The position numbers and the translations under genes were made by a program. From assembly GCA_950097015.1 (NCBI GenBank), contig CATNEN010000038.1, positions 31,558,001 to 31,622,000 on the forward strand: DNA of 64,000 nt. Reading direction: 5' to 3'. The stretch is from Macrostomum hystrix (lineage: Eukaryota; Animalia; Platyhelminthes). Each line of letters opens with the position of its first letter. Position 1 is the stretch's first letter. The notes below the pieces were generated by a model. The model made no database searches. It was given only the letters and a program-made list of their open reading frames with translations, and was not told the DNA's origin. This document shows, piece after piece, positions 38,483 to 50,635 of this stretch.

Positions 38483-38776
38483 CATACATGTGCAACCTCC
38501 AAATCTTAGCTGGCCGTGCGACTTAGTTTTTGCTCTATTTACGACTTTATTTTGCTCTCAGTTGCAACTTAGTTCATTTCATTGCTCTATTTATGACTTA
38601 GTTTGCTCTCATTTGCTCTATTTTTCTCTACCCCTTTTCTTTTTCTTCATGCCTTCCTTTTTTTGTCCATTGGTCCTCCCTTTGATATTTTTGCACTTGG
38701 TTGATTGGTTTTTGCGACTTACCTTGCTTGGCCCTCGTTTCACCCGGCCGGGTTGGCCAGGTGTTGCGCATGTATG
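38483..38776 (-). mobile_element. hAT-type MITE copy 2
   Basis: Same TIR and body, inverted; 8-bp TSD ATGTCTTT. Confidence 0.9.
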
Positions 38777-39041
38777 ATGTCTTTAAGCTTAATATATTTT
38801 TATGGTAATATAGTAAACATTTATAGGATTTTTTGTGTTTTGTTTACAAATGACATTGTAGGCCCTCATTTAGGTAAGGTGGCTAGTGGCTAGCTAACAC
38901 TTATAGTCATGTCCTTTTTAGTAAAAAGGTGAGTTTATCTGTGAGTCTATCAGTAAAAGATTGGCTCACAGATTTGTAGCCTTGCCAGTTGTTTTAAATT
39001 TTAGATGACTAGTTTGACCTGGCTATGACTATGCTAGTCCT

Positions 39042-39292
39042 CATACATGCGCAACCTCCCAAATCTTAGCTGGCTGTGCAACTTAGTTTTTGCTCTATTT
39101 ACAACTTAGTTTGCTCTCATTTGCTCTCTTTTTCTCTCCCCTTTTTCCTTTTCTTCATGCCTTCCTTTTTTGTCCCTTGGTCCCCCCTTTGATTTTTTTG
39201 CACTTGGTTGATTGGTTTTAGTGACTTACCTTGCTTGGCCCTTGTTTCACCCGGCCGGTTCGGCCGGGTCGGCTGGGTGTTGCACATGTATG
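39042..39292 (-). mobile_element. hAT-type MITE copy 3
   Basis: 8-bp TSD CTAGTCCT. Confidence 0.9.
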
Positions 39293-39603
39293 CTAGTCCT
39301 AGTGTGCCTTTAATAACAGAAAATTTTATATTCATACATACATATATATACATATACAAATTATATATATATAATTGACTTGTAATAGAAAGTTTATGGT
39401 GCAAATCTGACCCATTTCAATTTAGTTGATTGATTTCTTTCAGAAACTAAATAGGCCTTTGCTAGCTTCATTTTAAATAGCCTAGCTAACTTTTTTGAAG
39501 TTTTTATGAAGCAGGCCCATACATGCGCAACCTCCCAAATTTACACCGGCCGTGCGACTTCGTTTTTAAAAAAAAATGCGACACCTATGCCCAATTTTTT
39601 TTT

Positions 39604-39667
39604 GGGTAAACGGCAGGGGTAACTATGACTGTGTTGCAATAGTAAAATGCCTCGTCATCTAATTAGT
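39604..39667 (+). pseudogene. 28S rRNA fragment (R2 / I-PpoI target region)
   Basis: GGGTAAACGGCAGGGGTAACTATGAC..AAATGCCTCGTCATCTAATTAGT aligns ungapped to the conserved eukaryotic LSU segment as recalled, 54/64 identical. Confidence 0.85.
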
Positions 39668-40020
39668 CTTCCGCTGGCAGCAGAGTGCACTCTGGCGACT
39701 CGATCGTCGGCGTGAATGAAATTGGTGAGGTCAGCTGCGTGGCGTCGCCCGTCAAGCTGCTTCCCTGCTTGTCCAATCGGATCTTCCAGGTGGTGCCGGA
39801 GACCATGAGGCTCAACATCACCATCACCATACTCACGAATGTGTCATACTGTACGCCAGAAAAATGGTCTTGTGTGCTAGAAATTCAAATTTCAAATGTA
39901 CGCCGGGAAGCAAACTGTAGCCCATAAAATGTACGCCAGAGAGAAATTTTAACTGTATGCCTATTTTTTATAAAACTATGTGGTCTGTGGTCATTACAAA
40001 AATGAAATATTAGCCCCCTT

Positions 40021-42985
40021 AGCGACTTAGCCCCCTCTGAATGCGACTTACTTACCTTGGAATGCGACTTACTTCCCTCTGATTGCGACTTACTTCCCTC
40101 TGATTGCGACTTACTTCCCTCTGAATGCGACTTACTTCCCTCTGATTGCGACTTACTTCCCTCTGATTGCGACTTACTTCCCTCTGAATGCGACTTACTT
40201 CCCTCTGATTGCGACTTACTTCCCTCTGATTGCGACTTACTTCCCTCTGAATGCGACTTACTTCCCTCTGAATGCAACTTACTTCCCTCTGAATGCAACT
40301 TACTTCCCTCTGAATGCAACTTACTTCCCTCTGAATGCGACTTACTTCCCTCTGATTGCGACTTACTTCCCTCTGAATGCGGCTTACTTCCCTCTGAATC
40401 CGACTTACTTCCCTCTGAATGCGACTTACTTCCCTCTGATTGCGACTTACTTCCCTCTGAATGCGGCTTACTTCCCTCTGAATCCGACTTACTTCCCTCT
40501 GAATGCGACTTACTTCCCTCTGAATGCAACTTACTTCCCTCTGAATGCAACTTACTTCCCTCTGAATGCGACTTACTTCCCTCTGAATCCGACTTACTTC
40601 CCTCTGATTGCGACTTACTTCCCTCTGATTGCGACTTACTTCCCTCTGAATGCGGCTTACTTCCCTCTGAATCCGACTTACTTCCCTCTGAATCCGACTT
40701 ACTTCCCTCTGAATCCGACTTACTTCCCTCTGAATCCGACTTACTTCCCTCTGAATCCGACTTACTTCCCTCTGATTGCGACTTACTTCCCTCTGAATGC
40801 AACTTACTTCCCTCTGAATCCGACTTACTTCCCTCTGATTGCGACTTACTTCCCTCTGAATCCGACTTACTTCCCTCTGAATCCGACTTACTTCCCTCTG
40901 AATCCGACTTACTTCCCTCTGAATCCGACTTACTTCCCTCTGATTGCGACTTACTTCCCTCTGAATGCAACTTACTTCCCTCTGAATCCGACTTACTTCC
41001 CTCTGATTGCGACTTACTTCCCTCTGAATGCAACTTACTTCCCTCTGAATGCGACTTACTTCCCTCTGATTGCGACTTACTTCCCTCTGAATCCGACTTA
41101 CTTCCCTCTGAATCCGACTTACTTCCCTCTGAATCCGACTTACTTCCCTCTGAATCCGACTTACTTCCCTCTGAATCCGACTTACTTCCCTCTGAATCCG
41201 ACTTACTTCCCTCTGAATCCGACTTACTTCCCTCTGAATCCGACTTACTTCCCTCTGAATCCGACTTACTTCCCTCTGAATCCGACTTACTTCCCTCTGA
41301 ATCCGACTTACTTCCCTCTGAATCCGACTTACTTCCCTCTGAATCCGACTTACTTCCCTCTGATTGCGACTTACTTCCCTCTGAATCCGACTTACTTCCC
41401 TCTGAATGCGACTTACTTCCCTCTGAATGCGACTTACTTCCCTCTGAATGCGACTTACTTCCCTCTGAATGCAACTTACTTCCCTCTGAATGCAACTTAC
41501 TTCCCTCTGAATGCGACTTACTTCCCTCTGATTGCGACTTACTTCCCTCTGAATGCGACTTACTTCCCTCTGAATGCGACTTACTTCCCTCTGAATCCGA
41601 CTTACTTCCCTCTGATTGCGACTTACTTCCCTCTGAATGCGACTTACTTCCCTCTGAATGCGACTTACTTCCCTCTGAATCCGACTTACTTCCCTCTGAA
41701 TGCAACTTACTTCCCTCTGATTGCAACTTACTTCCCTCTGAATGCAACTTACTTCCCTCTGAATGCAACTTACTTCCCTCTGAATGCGACTTACTTCCCT
41801 CTGATTGCGACTTACTTCCCTCTGAATCCGACTTACTTCCCTCTGAATCCGACTTACTTCCCTCTGAATCCGACTTACTTCCCTCTGATTGCGACTTACT
41901 TCCCTCTGAATGCGACTTACTTCCCTTGGAATGCGACTTACTTCCCTCTGAATCCGACTTACTTCCCTCTGAATCCGACTTACTTCCCTCTGAATCCGAC
42001 TTACTTCCCTCTGAATGCAACTTACTTCCCTCTGAATGCAACTTACTTCCCTCTGAATGCAACTTACTTCCCTCTGAATGCAACTTACTTCCCTCTGAAT
42101 CCGACTTACTTCCCTCTGAATGCAACTTACTTCCCTCTGAATGCAACTTACTTCCCTCTGAATCCGACTTACTTCCCTCTGAATCCGACTTACTTCCCTC
42201 TGATTGCAACTTACTTCCCTCTGATTGCAACTTACTTCCCTCTGAATGCAACTTACTTCCCTCTGAATGCAACTTACTTCCCTCTGAATGCGACTTACTT
42301 CCCTCTGATTGCGACTTACTTCCCTCTGAATCCGACTTACTTCCCTCTGAATCCGACTTACTTCCCTCTGAATCCGACTTACTTCCCTCTGATTGCGACT
42401 TACTTCCCTCTGAATGCGACTTACTTCCCTTGGAATGCGACTTACTTCCCTCTGAATCCGACTTACTTCCCTCTGAATCCGACTTACTTCCCTCTGAATC
42501 CGACTTACTTCCCTCTGAATGCAACTTACTTCCCTCTGAATGCAACTTACTTCCCTCTGATTGCGACTTACTTCCCTCTGAATGCAACTTACTTCCCTCT
42601 GAATGCGACTTACTTCCCTCTGAATGCGACTTACTTCCCTCTGAATGCGACTTACTTCCCTCTGATTGCAACTTACTTCCCTCTGAATGCAACTTACTTC
42701 CCTCTGATTGCAACTTACTTCCGTCTGAATGCAACTTACTTCCCTCTGAATGCAACTTACTTCCCTCTGAATGCAACTTACTTCCCTCTGAATGCAACTT
42801 ACTTCCCTCTGATTGCGACTTACTTCCCTCTGAATGCAACTTACTTCCCTCTGAATGCGACTTACTTCCCTCTGAATGCGACTTACTTCCCTCTGAATGC
42901 GACTTACTTCCCTCTGATTGCAACTTACTTCCCTCTGAATGCAACTTACTTCCCTTGGAATGCGACTAAGTTGCCTCTGATTGCA
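40021..42985. repeat. 21-bp minisatellite (GACTTACTTCCCTCTGAATGC)n, ~140 units
   Basis: Direct tandem repeat with a few variable positions. Confidence 0.97.
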
Positions 42986-44005
42986 GATTTTGTCACGTTT
43001 TTGCTTCTTTCCCCATTTGCTTTCCTCCTTTTCCTGCCTTCTTTTCTTTTTTTCCGCTCGTTTTTTCTGTCCGATTTTTTTTTCGGGTGGCCATGTTTGC
43101 GACTTACTTGCTCGGCCGCTCGTCACCCGGCCGGATCGGCCGGGTCGGCCGGGTGTTGCGCATGTATGAGCAGGCCTAAAGATAAAATAAAGTTAAGAAG
43201 ACAAATCTAATACATTAGGCATTTCATTTTTTTCATTGCTTATCATTTACTGATGAATTATTGTTTGATATCAATTATTTATATACTAGCTATGTTGTTT
43301 TGTTATATCAAATTATTTCATTTTGAGCAGCTTTTTCGTTGTTATAAACAATTAACATGTATAATCTGCAGCAAATTTTAGTTTTAAAATTTTTTGGAGG
43401 GCCAATGGGCACTGGTACATAATATTGGCATGGTAATTGCTGACTCCAGTGTACACACACAGATATTATATGCACATTCCTGAATACAGATATGTTATAT
43501 CAGCCCTGACTTCCTTATTGTCAACCAGTGTATAATTTCACTGCACCTTAAAGGTTGACTCTTAAGGCCATATATTGCATGACAGCCCTTAAGCCTTCTC
43601 TCTGCAGCTGCACCCTAAATTAATGTGGCTTTGCTACAAAACCAAGCTTAGGGGTGCTGGTGCGATTGGCTAAACTGTTAATTGCTCTCATTCTCACCCC
43701 TCAACAATGCAACAATTTAAATATAATTTGGTTTTGGTTTAAAAAACATTCCATTTTCTATCGTAAGTTTTAGTCAAATTGGTATTTTTCTAATAACAAT
43801 TCAGTTAGTTTTAACCCGTTTTCCCACATTACAGTTGCATAGAAGCTAAACAACATTTTCGGATTGCACAGTCAGTTAGTTGACTGGTGTAACTTCAAGA
43901 GCCAATTGGATCCAAATAAAAGAGAATAACAAGTTTTAGTCACTTCTTCTGTATAGAAGGGAAAGTTATTAGGCCTTATATTTTAATCTACTAGTTCTAC
44001 AGTAG

Positions 44006-44244
44006 GCGCCCTGGCTGACAAACAGAAGCTATCAGATTCTACTGCTGCTGGCGAGAAATTCGCCGGAGCTTTCATTCCATCGAGCGGCAGCTATGCCAAC
44101 CTGCCGGCACTTGGCATTCCACCGCCACCACTGCCACCGCCTCCTCCGCCGCAGCCGCTGCAGCAGCAGCAGACTGAATCGCCATGGAGGTCGCGTCAGC
44201 CATCTGCTCCCGTAGCCTCACTAGAACAACAACAATCTCACAGT
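44006..44244 (+). CDS. LNX2: LNX1/2-like gene, upstream low-complexity exon (acceptor 44002 or 44005; start codon not found)
   Basis: Open frame ALADKQK..PPPP..QQQQ..SHS; phase-0 donor GTAAGT at 44245 matches the next exon. Confidence 0.6.
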
Positions 44245-44367
44245 GTAAGTGTTCAATAATTGGTCAGAGGGCACTTTACAGAACACAAAATTGGTCGTTC
44301 TAAAAAGGGCCGTTTTTGCTTCACATAATTCATCATAATTGTGTATCATGTTAAACATTTTCCACAG

Positions 44368-44760
44368 GCTGATGAGCCAGAGTTTCCTCCTCCGCCTCCG
44401 TGCGCTACGGGACCAGCAGGCCAGCAACAGCAGCAGCAGCAGCAGCAGCCTTCTTCGTCAAAGGCTTTATTTCCTTCGCCTACTGTGTTCTCTTTAGAGA
44501 CAACTCCTCCGCCACCGCCTCCGCCGCCTCCGCCCCCGACCTCTCAGCCACCAGCCAGCTTTGGGGTTCGCTTCGACCAGCGCAGCAGCGGCTGCGGTGG
44601 CAGCGGGAGCGGCATCGGCGTCGGCGGCTCGCTCAGCTCCTTAACTGGTGGCGGTGGTCGGCGCTTAGAATTGTGCAGAGCGTGCGGGCAATTCCACGAT
44701 CCAGGCGGTGCCCATCTGTACGACTATAACCAGCCTATTGACGATGATCTGCTTTGCAAG
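44368..44760 (+). CDS. LNX2: LNX1/2-like exon: Pro/Gln/Gly-rich region + N-terminal Zn finger + RING start
   Basis: CCACAG acceptor; LCRACGQFH..HLYDYNQPIDDDLLCK resembles LNX2 LC..CGQ.H..HLYNY..VDDDL.C; GT donor 44761. Confidence 0.85.
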
Positions 44761-44929
44761 GTGATGCGTTTAGTTTGTCGTAGTTTCAAATTTTTGGTGT
44801 CAGGATTAACAGTTGGTTAGGACCCGAAAAGGAAATCAGTGACATCATCGAAGCCGAGTGAGAATGGTAATCAGATGATTGGCGTCAGGATCAGGATGTG
44901 ATTAGACAATGTTTATTGGATCATCAGGC

Positions 44930-45660
44930 TCAAAATTAGTGGTCATTTTGGATCATTAGGATCGGGATTACTGTAATAATGGGATGATAATTAGGATAAT
45001 TAGGACCAGCATTAGTAGATCAGTAGGATCGCGTTTATTGGATAATTAGGATCCCGATTAGTAAATTGTAAGGATTAAAAACAGTGGATCATTTGGATCA
45101 GGATTAGTGAATTATTAGGATCTGGATTAGTGGATCATTAGGATCTAGATTAGTGGATCATTGGGATCAAGATTAGGGGATCATTGGAATCAGGATTAGT
45201 GGATCATTAGGATTAGGATTTGTGAATTATTAGGATCTGGATTAGTGGATCATTAGGATCAGGATTGGTGAGTTATTAGGATCTGGATTAGTGGATCATT
45301 AGGATCTGGATTAGTGGATAATTGGGACCAGGATTAGGGGATCATTGGGATCAGGATTAGTGGATCATTAGGGTTAGGATTTGTGGATCATTGGGATCAA
45401 GATTAGTTGATCATTAGGATCAGGATTGGTGGATCATTAGGATCTGGATTAGTGGATAATTGGGACCAGGATTAGGGGATCATTGGGATCAGGATTAGTG
45501 GATCATTAGGGTTAGGATTTGTGGATCATTGGGATCAAGATTAGTTGATCATTAGGATCAGGATTGGTGGATCATTGGGATCAGGCTCAGACAATCATTA
45601 AGATCAGGGTTAGCAGGTCGTTGATATCAGGATATGAACAAGCCATTAACTATCAGGATT
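44930..45660. repeat. Intronic 23-bp minisatellite (GGATCTGGATTAGTGGATCATTA)n
   Basis: Degenerate tandem repeat. Confidence 0.9.
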
Positions 45661-45717
45661 TGTAGATGAATATAATTTTATCGCCATCCTACCGCCAATA
45701 AACTTTCTCGCCGACAG

Positions 45718-45878
45718 CTGTGCCAGCAGCCCCTGGTTGATCCGTTGGACACCCGCTGCGGTCACACATTCTGCACGCCCTGCCTTCGCGTTCACCTGGC
45801 CCGTCAGGCGCTCTGCCCGATCGATAAAAGCATCATCAACTTTTTGGAATGCGCCCCAGCTTCCGGCTTGGTGAAGAA
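45718..45878 (+). CDS. LNX2: LNX1/2-like exon: RING finger
   Basis: LCQQPLVDPLDTRCGHTFCTPCLRVHL..LCPID; CAG acceptor, GTGAGT donor (phase 2). Confidence 0.92.
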
Positions 45879-45949
45879 GTGAGTAAACAAGTTTTTTACC
45901 GTCTGAAAAAACGTACAGTCCTACTTACTTAGTTTAGTAGTATGAAGTG

Positions 45950-46001
45950 CTAAAAAGGTGCTAGAGGCAAACGCGTTAGACCGCTCTGCCACCGAACCCC
46001 T
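45950..46001 (-). mobile_element. tRNA-derived SINE head fragment
   Basis: Minus GGTGGCAGAGCGGTCTAACGCGTTTGCCTCTAGCACC, near-identical to the head of the 51541-51853 SINE. Confidence 0.6.
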
Positions 46002-46911
46002 GTATAAAGCCTTCTGTTATTTAAATTACATTCATTATCAATTTAATATTATATTACAAGTTATTATAGACCTATAGTCGAGTAAACCTATGAATAAAGT
46101 TTGAAACCTTGTAAAAGCTGTTCTAAGGGGATTAGGCCTTGTACTCTAGGTAAGGATTAATTAATTAATTATTGCTAATCTAATCTGCAATCTGCAAACA
46201 TTGTCTTAATCTTCTTCATTCTCTATCGAAACGACGCCGACTTATCTCTGTTAATCAACCAGACTAATCTGCATTTCTATGGCGAGATTTGAGGCCAATT
46301 TTAGTTAGCCTGGATCTAATCAATAATTGCCTCGCGCGTCTCATTATGGCTTGTTTTATCATTCATTCGTTCATTCATTCCTAAAGTACTAAGCTTATAA
46401 TGGTTATTGCAACAAGACCAGAGTCTACCTGATAACAAGAATAAATGACATAAAGAGTTTTTTTGCCTCTTCTTTTTTTCTTACTCTCGATCTTCTCGAG
46501 CTTCAGGAGAACACGACCTAATACTATTATCCACAGCCTACTGCGCTTTTCATCAGCAGTAACACTGGCTAAGCCAGAGATTGGCTTCTAAATAGTAGAT
46601 TATATACAAAGCTGAGTTCGCCCAATGCTCTGTGACATTGTGTGGCAATCGTTGCTGGTGGCTACAGTTTCTTGATAATCTAAATCTATTGCTTGGCTGG
46701 GCTTCGAGTTAGGCCTAATTACTAATAATGTATATTGTGCGCCACTACAGGGGCTAAATCTATTGGCCTAAATTCATTGGCTGTTTCGGCTTTTTTCCAT
46801 ATCAGACAAGCGCAGTAAAATTTGTCTAAAATTCTAACACTGATCGATCGGTACAAATCCATTTAGAAAGATAATAGGGTGAAGAAAAAACACTGATGAA
46901 TTGAAATCAAT

Positions 46912-48378
46912 TTAGATTGGAATTCTAGTAGATTGGAATCCTAGTAAATTAGAATCCTGGTAGATTGGAATCCTAGTAAATTAGAATCCTGGTAGATTGG
47001 AATCCTAGTAAATTAGAATCCTGGTAGATTGGAATCCTAGTAAATTAGAATCCTGGTAGATTGGAATCCTTATAGATTAAAATCCTTGTCGATTAGAATC
47101 CTTGTAGATTAGAATCCAAGTATCTTGGAATCCTGGTAGATTGGAATCCTTGTAGATTAGAATCCTAGTAGATTGGAATCCTGGTAGATTGGAATCCTTG
47201 TAGATTGGAATCCTGGTAGATTGGAATCCTAGTAAATTAGAATCCTGGTAGATTGGAATCCTAGTAAATTAGAATCCTGGTAGATTAAAATCCTAGTAAA
47301 TTAGAATCCTGGTAGATTGGAATCCTAGTAAGTTAGAATCCTGGTAGATTAAAATCCTAGTAAATTAGAATCCTGGTAGATTGGAATCCTAGTAAGTTAG
47401 AATCCTGGTAGATTAAAATCCTAGTAAATTAGAATCCAGGTAGATTGTAATCCTAGTAAGTTAGAATCCTGGTAGATTGAAATCCTAGTAAATTAGGATC
47501 CTGGAAGATTGAAATCCTAGTAAATTAGAATTCAGGTAGATTGGAATCCTAGTAAATTAGGATCCTGGTAGATTGAAATCCTAGTAAATTAGAATCCTGT
47601 TAGATTAAAATCATAGTAAATTAGAATCCTGGTAGATTGAAATCCTAGTAAATTAGAATCCTGGTAGATTGGAATCCTAGTAAATTAGGATCCTGCTAGA
47701 TTGGAATCCTAGTAAATTAGGATCCTGGTAGATTGGAATCCTAGTAAATTAGAATCCTGGTAGATTGGAATCCTTATAGATTAAAATCCTTGTCGATTAG
47801 AATCCTTGTAGATTAGAATCCAAGTATCTTGGAATCCTGGTAGATTGGAATCCTGGTAGATTGGAATCCTTGTAGATTGGAATCCTGGTAGATTGGAATC
47901 CTTGTAGATTAGAATCCTGGTGGATTGGAATCCTTGTTGATTAGAATCCTAGTATCTTGGAATCCTGGTAGATTGGAATCCTTGTAGATTCGAATCCTTG
48001 TAGATTGGAATCCTTGTAGATTGGAATCCTGGTAGATTGGAATCCTTGTAGATTAGAATCCTGGTGGATTGGAATCCTTGTTGATTAGAATCCTAGTATC
48101 TTGGAATCCTGGTAGATTGGAATCCTTGTAGATTCGAATCCTTGTAGATTGGAATCCTTGTAGATTGGAATCCTGGTAGATTGGAATCCTTGTAGATTAG
48201 AATCCTGGTGGATTGGAATCCTTGTTGATTAGAATCCTGGTGGATTGGAATCCTTGTAGATTAGAATCCTGGTGGATTGGAATCCTTGTTGATTAGAATC
48301 CTGGTGGATTGGAATCCTTGTTGATTAGAATCCTGGTGGATTGGAATCCTTGTTGATTAGAATCCTGGTGGATTAGAA
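46912..48378. repeat. Intronic 16-bp minisatellite (AATCCTGGTAGATTGG; partly 32-bp dimers)
   Basis: Direct tandem repeat. Confidence 0.95.
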
Positions 48379-49075
48379 GATATAACTTTCTTGCTCTTTA
48401 TTGCTTTGCATGCTAAAAAGAAAGTTTCTGAACTTATGTATTATGTTGGTTTTCACCAATATTTTTTACTTATTGGGATAACGATTTGTGTAGCATGAGT
48501 GTCAAATTATTTTTTATCGATTAGTCGTCAATCGGCTCTACAATAGATCTATATTTCCTAGCTGTATAGGTATGTCAGTATTATTAAGCTTTAGAACTGT
48601 CTTATTAATTGCCCGCTCGCTAGAACCAGGGAAATTCACCCAATAAAAATTGTCGCCAAGCAGCGAAGTACTGTGTAAGGGTGTTGTGAGCCCTTGCATT
48701 TGTTCGTTTGTTGCTTCCTATTATTGTTTTGTTCCCTTTCTCTTTACCGGCCTCGCGTGTATATCTAAGCGGGAATGCTGTGACTGTTAAGGCATGAAAT
48801 GAAATGGAGAAAAATGGGATATAAGGGGAAGATTTTGGGTTCAGGGAATCGAAATACTATTGGCTGGCTTAGTCGTTGTGAGCTAGAAAAATAGGGGTTG
48901 GGCATTTGTTGCCTCTATAAGGGTTAGTACTACACTATTTGCATTCTAGAAAACGAAATGCAACAACGCTTTTAGATTGTAGAGATCGTTACAATGCGGC
49001 TTAGCTATAGAAAATAAATAAAAACCAACTTGTAGAACCATTGATTGAGTCTGGAATATAATTTACTGAATATCT

Positions 49076-49260
49076 ATGGCCAAAGTGGCAGCCACCGTGT
49101 CCAGTGCTTGCACCGGAGCCTCTAGTTTATTGGCCATCTCAGGGCCACTGTTGCAGCGGCATTGTCAGCAGATACAGGAGAGAAGATACTCTACAGTGTC
49201 CGCCTCTGCTACCTCAGCTTCTAGGCTGCCAGACAATGCTCTGTTGCTAAATCCTAGCGG
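49076..49260 (+). CDS. Candidate alternative first coding exon (RING-less isoform)
   Basis: ATGG start, 61 codons + 2 nt, GG|GTGAGA donor, phase 2 compatible with exon 51386. Confidence 0.4.
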
Positions 49261-49419
49261 GTGAGATTAGCTTTGCCTGTACTGCCTGTCTCTCAGTGTG
49301 TCTGTACTGCCTGTTAGTCTCTCAGTCTGTAACTGACTGTATGTCTGGCTGTACTGTCTGTCTGTCTTTCAATCTGTCTGTACTGTTAATCTCTCAGTCT
49401 TAAGTGTCTGTACTCTCTT

Positions 49420-49810
49420 TCAGTCTCTCGGTCTGTAACTGTCTGTCTTTCGGTCTGTAACTGACTGTCTCTCAGACTGTAGCTGTCTGTCTTTCGGTCT
49501 GTAACTGACTGTCTCTCAGACTGTAGCTGTTTGTCTCTCAGACTCTAGCTGTCTGTCTCTCAGACTGTAGCTGTCTGTCTCTCAGACTGTAGCTGTCTGT
49601 CTCTCAGACTGTAGCTGTCTGTCTCTCAGACTCTAGCTGTCTGTCTCTCAGACTGTAGCTGTCTGTCTCTCAGACTGTAGCTGTCTGTCTCTCAGACTGT
49701 AGCTGTCTGTCTCTCAGACTCTAGCTGTCTGTCTCTCAGACTGTAGCTGTCTGTCTCTCAGACTGTAGCTGTCTGTCTTTCAGACTGTAGCTGACTGTTC
49801 CTCAGTCTGT
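49420..49810. repeat. Intronic 22-bp minisatellite (CTGTAGCTGTCTGTCTCTCAGA)n
   Basis: Direct tandem repeat with degenerate flanks. Confidence 0.9.
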
Positions 49811-50635
49811 AATTATCCGTCTCATAGCCTGTACCTGTAAGTGTCTATTCCGCAGCCTGTAACTGTCCGTCTCTTTGTCTATACTATTCGATCTATTCTA
49901 CTTTGCAAAATAATCAAGGCCAGATAACGTTGTTACCTTGGTACCTAGGTGTGCCAGTTACTTTGGTAGTCTAGTTCAGTGTCGAGTTCTTCAACTGGTT
50001 ACACATCTAACTGCTGTTAACGAAAAGGATACGAAATAGAGGGAGAGAGAAAGAGGAAAAGCAGAAGAGAGTGTTTTCCTTCCATTTCACTTACCTAATT
50101 AATTTTCGCCGTTTCGCCGTTTCGATCCTTCGGTCATTCGTTAGTAGCTTGAAAGTGCCGAGTTTCTACAATACTTCGCTTTCGACGCCTTAAAGTCCTT
50201 GCCAGAAGAAGAATAAGAACCAGAAGAATAATCCTCGAACGCCCGCGTGACTTTTCTGGATTTTGTTAAACAAAAAGCAGGCGCACACTGAAATGGATCC
50301 GCGTTCTTATCTTTTGATCTTGCTAGAATGTTTTTGCTTTTCTTCTTGGTTCTTATTTTTCTCCTTTTCTTTTCGATATTTCTTTCCTACCACACATCCT
50401 TGCGTACATATCTATGCTGCATTAAAAATTATAAAAATTGCTCGACATATGTGAAAGTAAGTCAAGTAGGGGTGAAAGTTATTGTTTAGAAATGTGACAC
50501 TTGAATTGGCTTGGCCAGTATGACTTGTATAGATGGCTTAGCATGCGTGGCCTAACTTGACCTTAAACTTGTGCTTAATAGGAAGAACATATCGACGCTG
50601 CGATTCATTCTAGACTGAAGGATACCTCTATAATT

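Larger units (their letters stand above)
39518..43168 (-). mobile_element. Expanded cargo-carrying member (3651 bp) of the same hAT MITE family
   Basis: Same TIRs and subterminal sequence; 8-bp TSD AGCAGGCC (39510-39517, 43169-43176). Confidence 0.9.

Noticed and set aside
39604-39667. Functional rRNA gene
   Set aside because: Only 64 bp, with an altered conserved core and no flanking rDNA.
39885-43126. 1019-, 1024- and 970-aa repeat ORFs (SEGSK, QREVSR, DLLPSE)
   Set aside because: A 21-bp unit is open in three frames on both strands by arithmetic; the starts are non-ATG, the array lies inside a MITE, and there is no signal peptide or unique domain.
50263-50462. Hydrophobic ORF and nearby GTAAGT as another LNX exon
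   Set aside because: T-rich low complexity, and a stop precedes the donor; at most a non-coding exon, which I cannot support.
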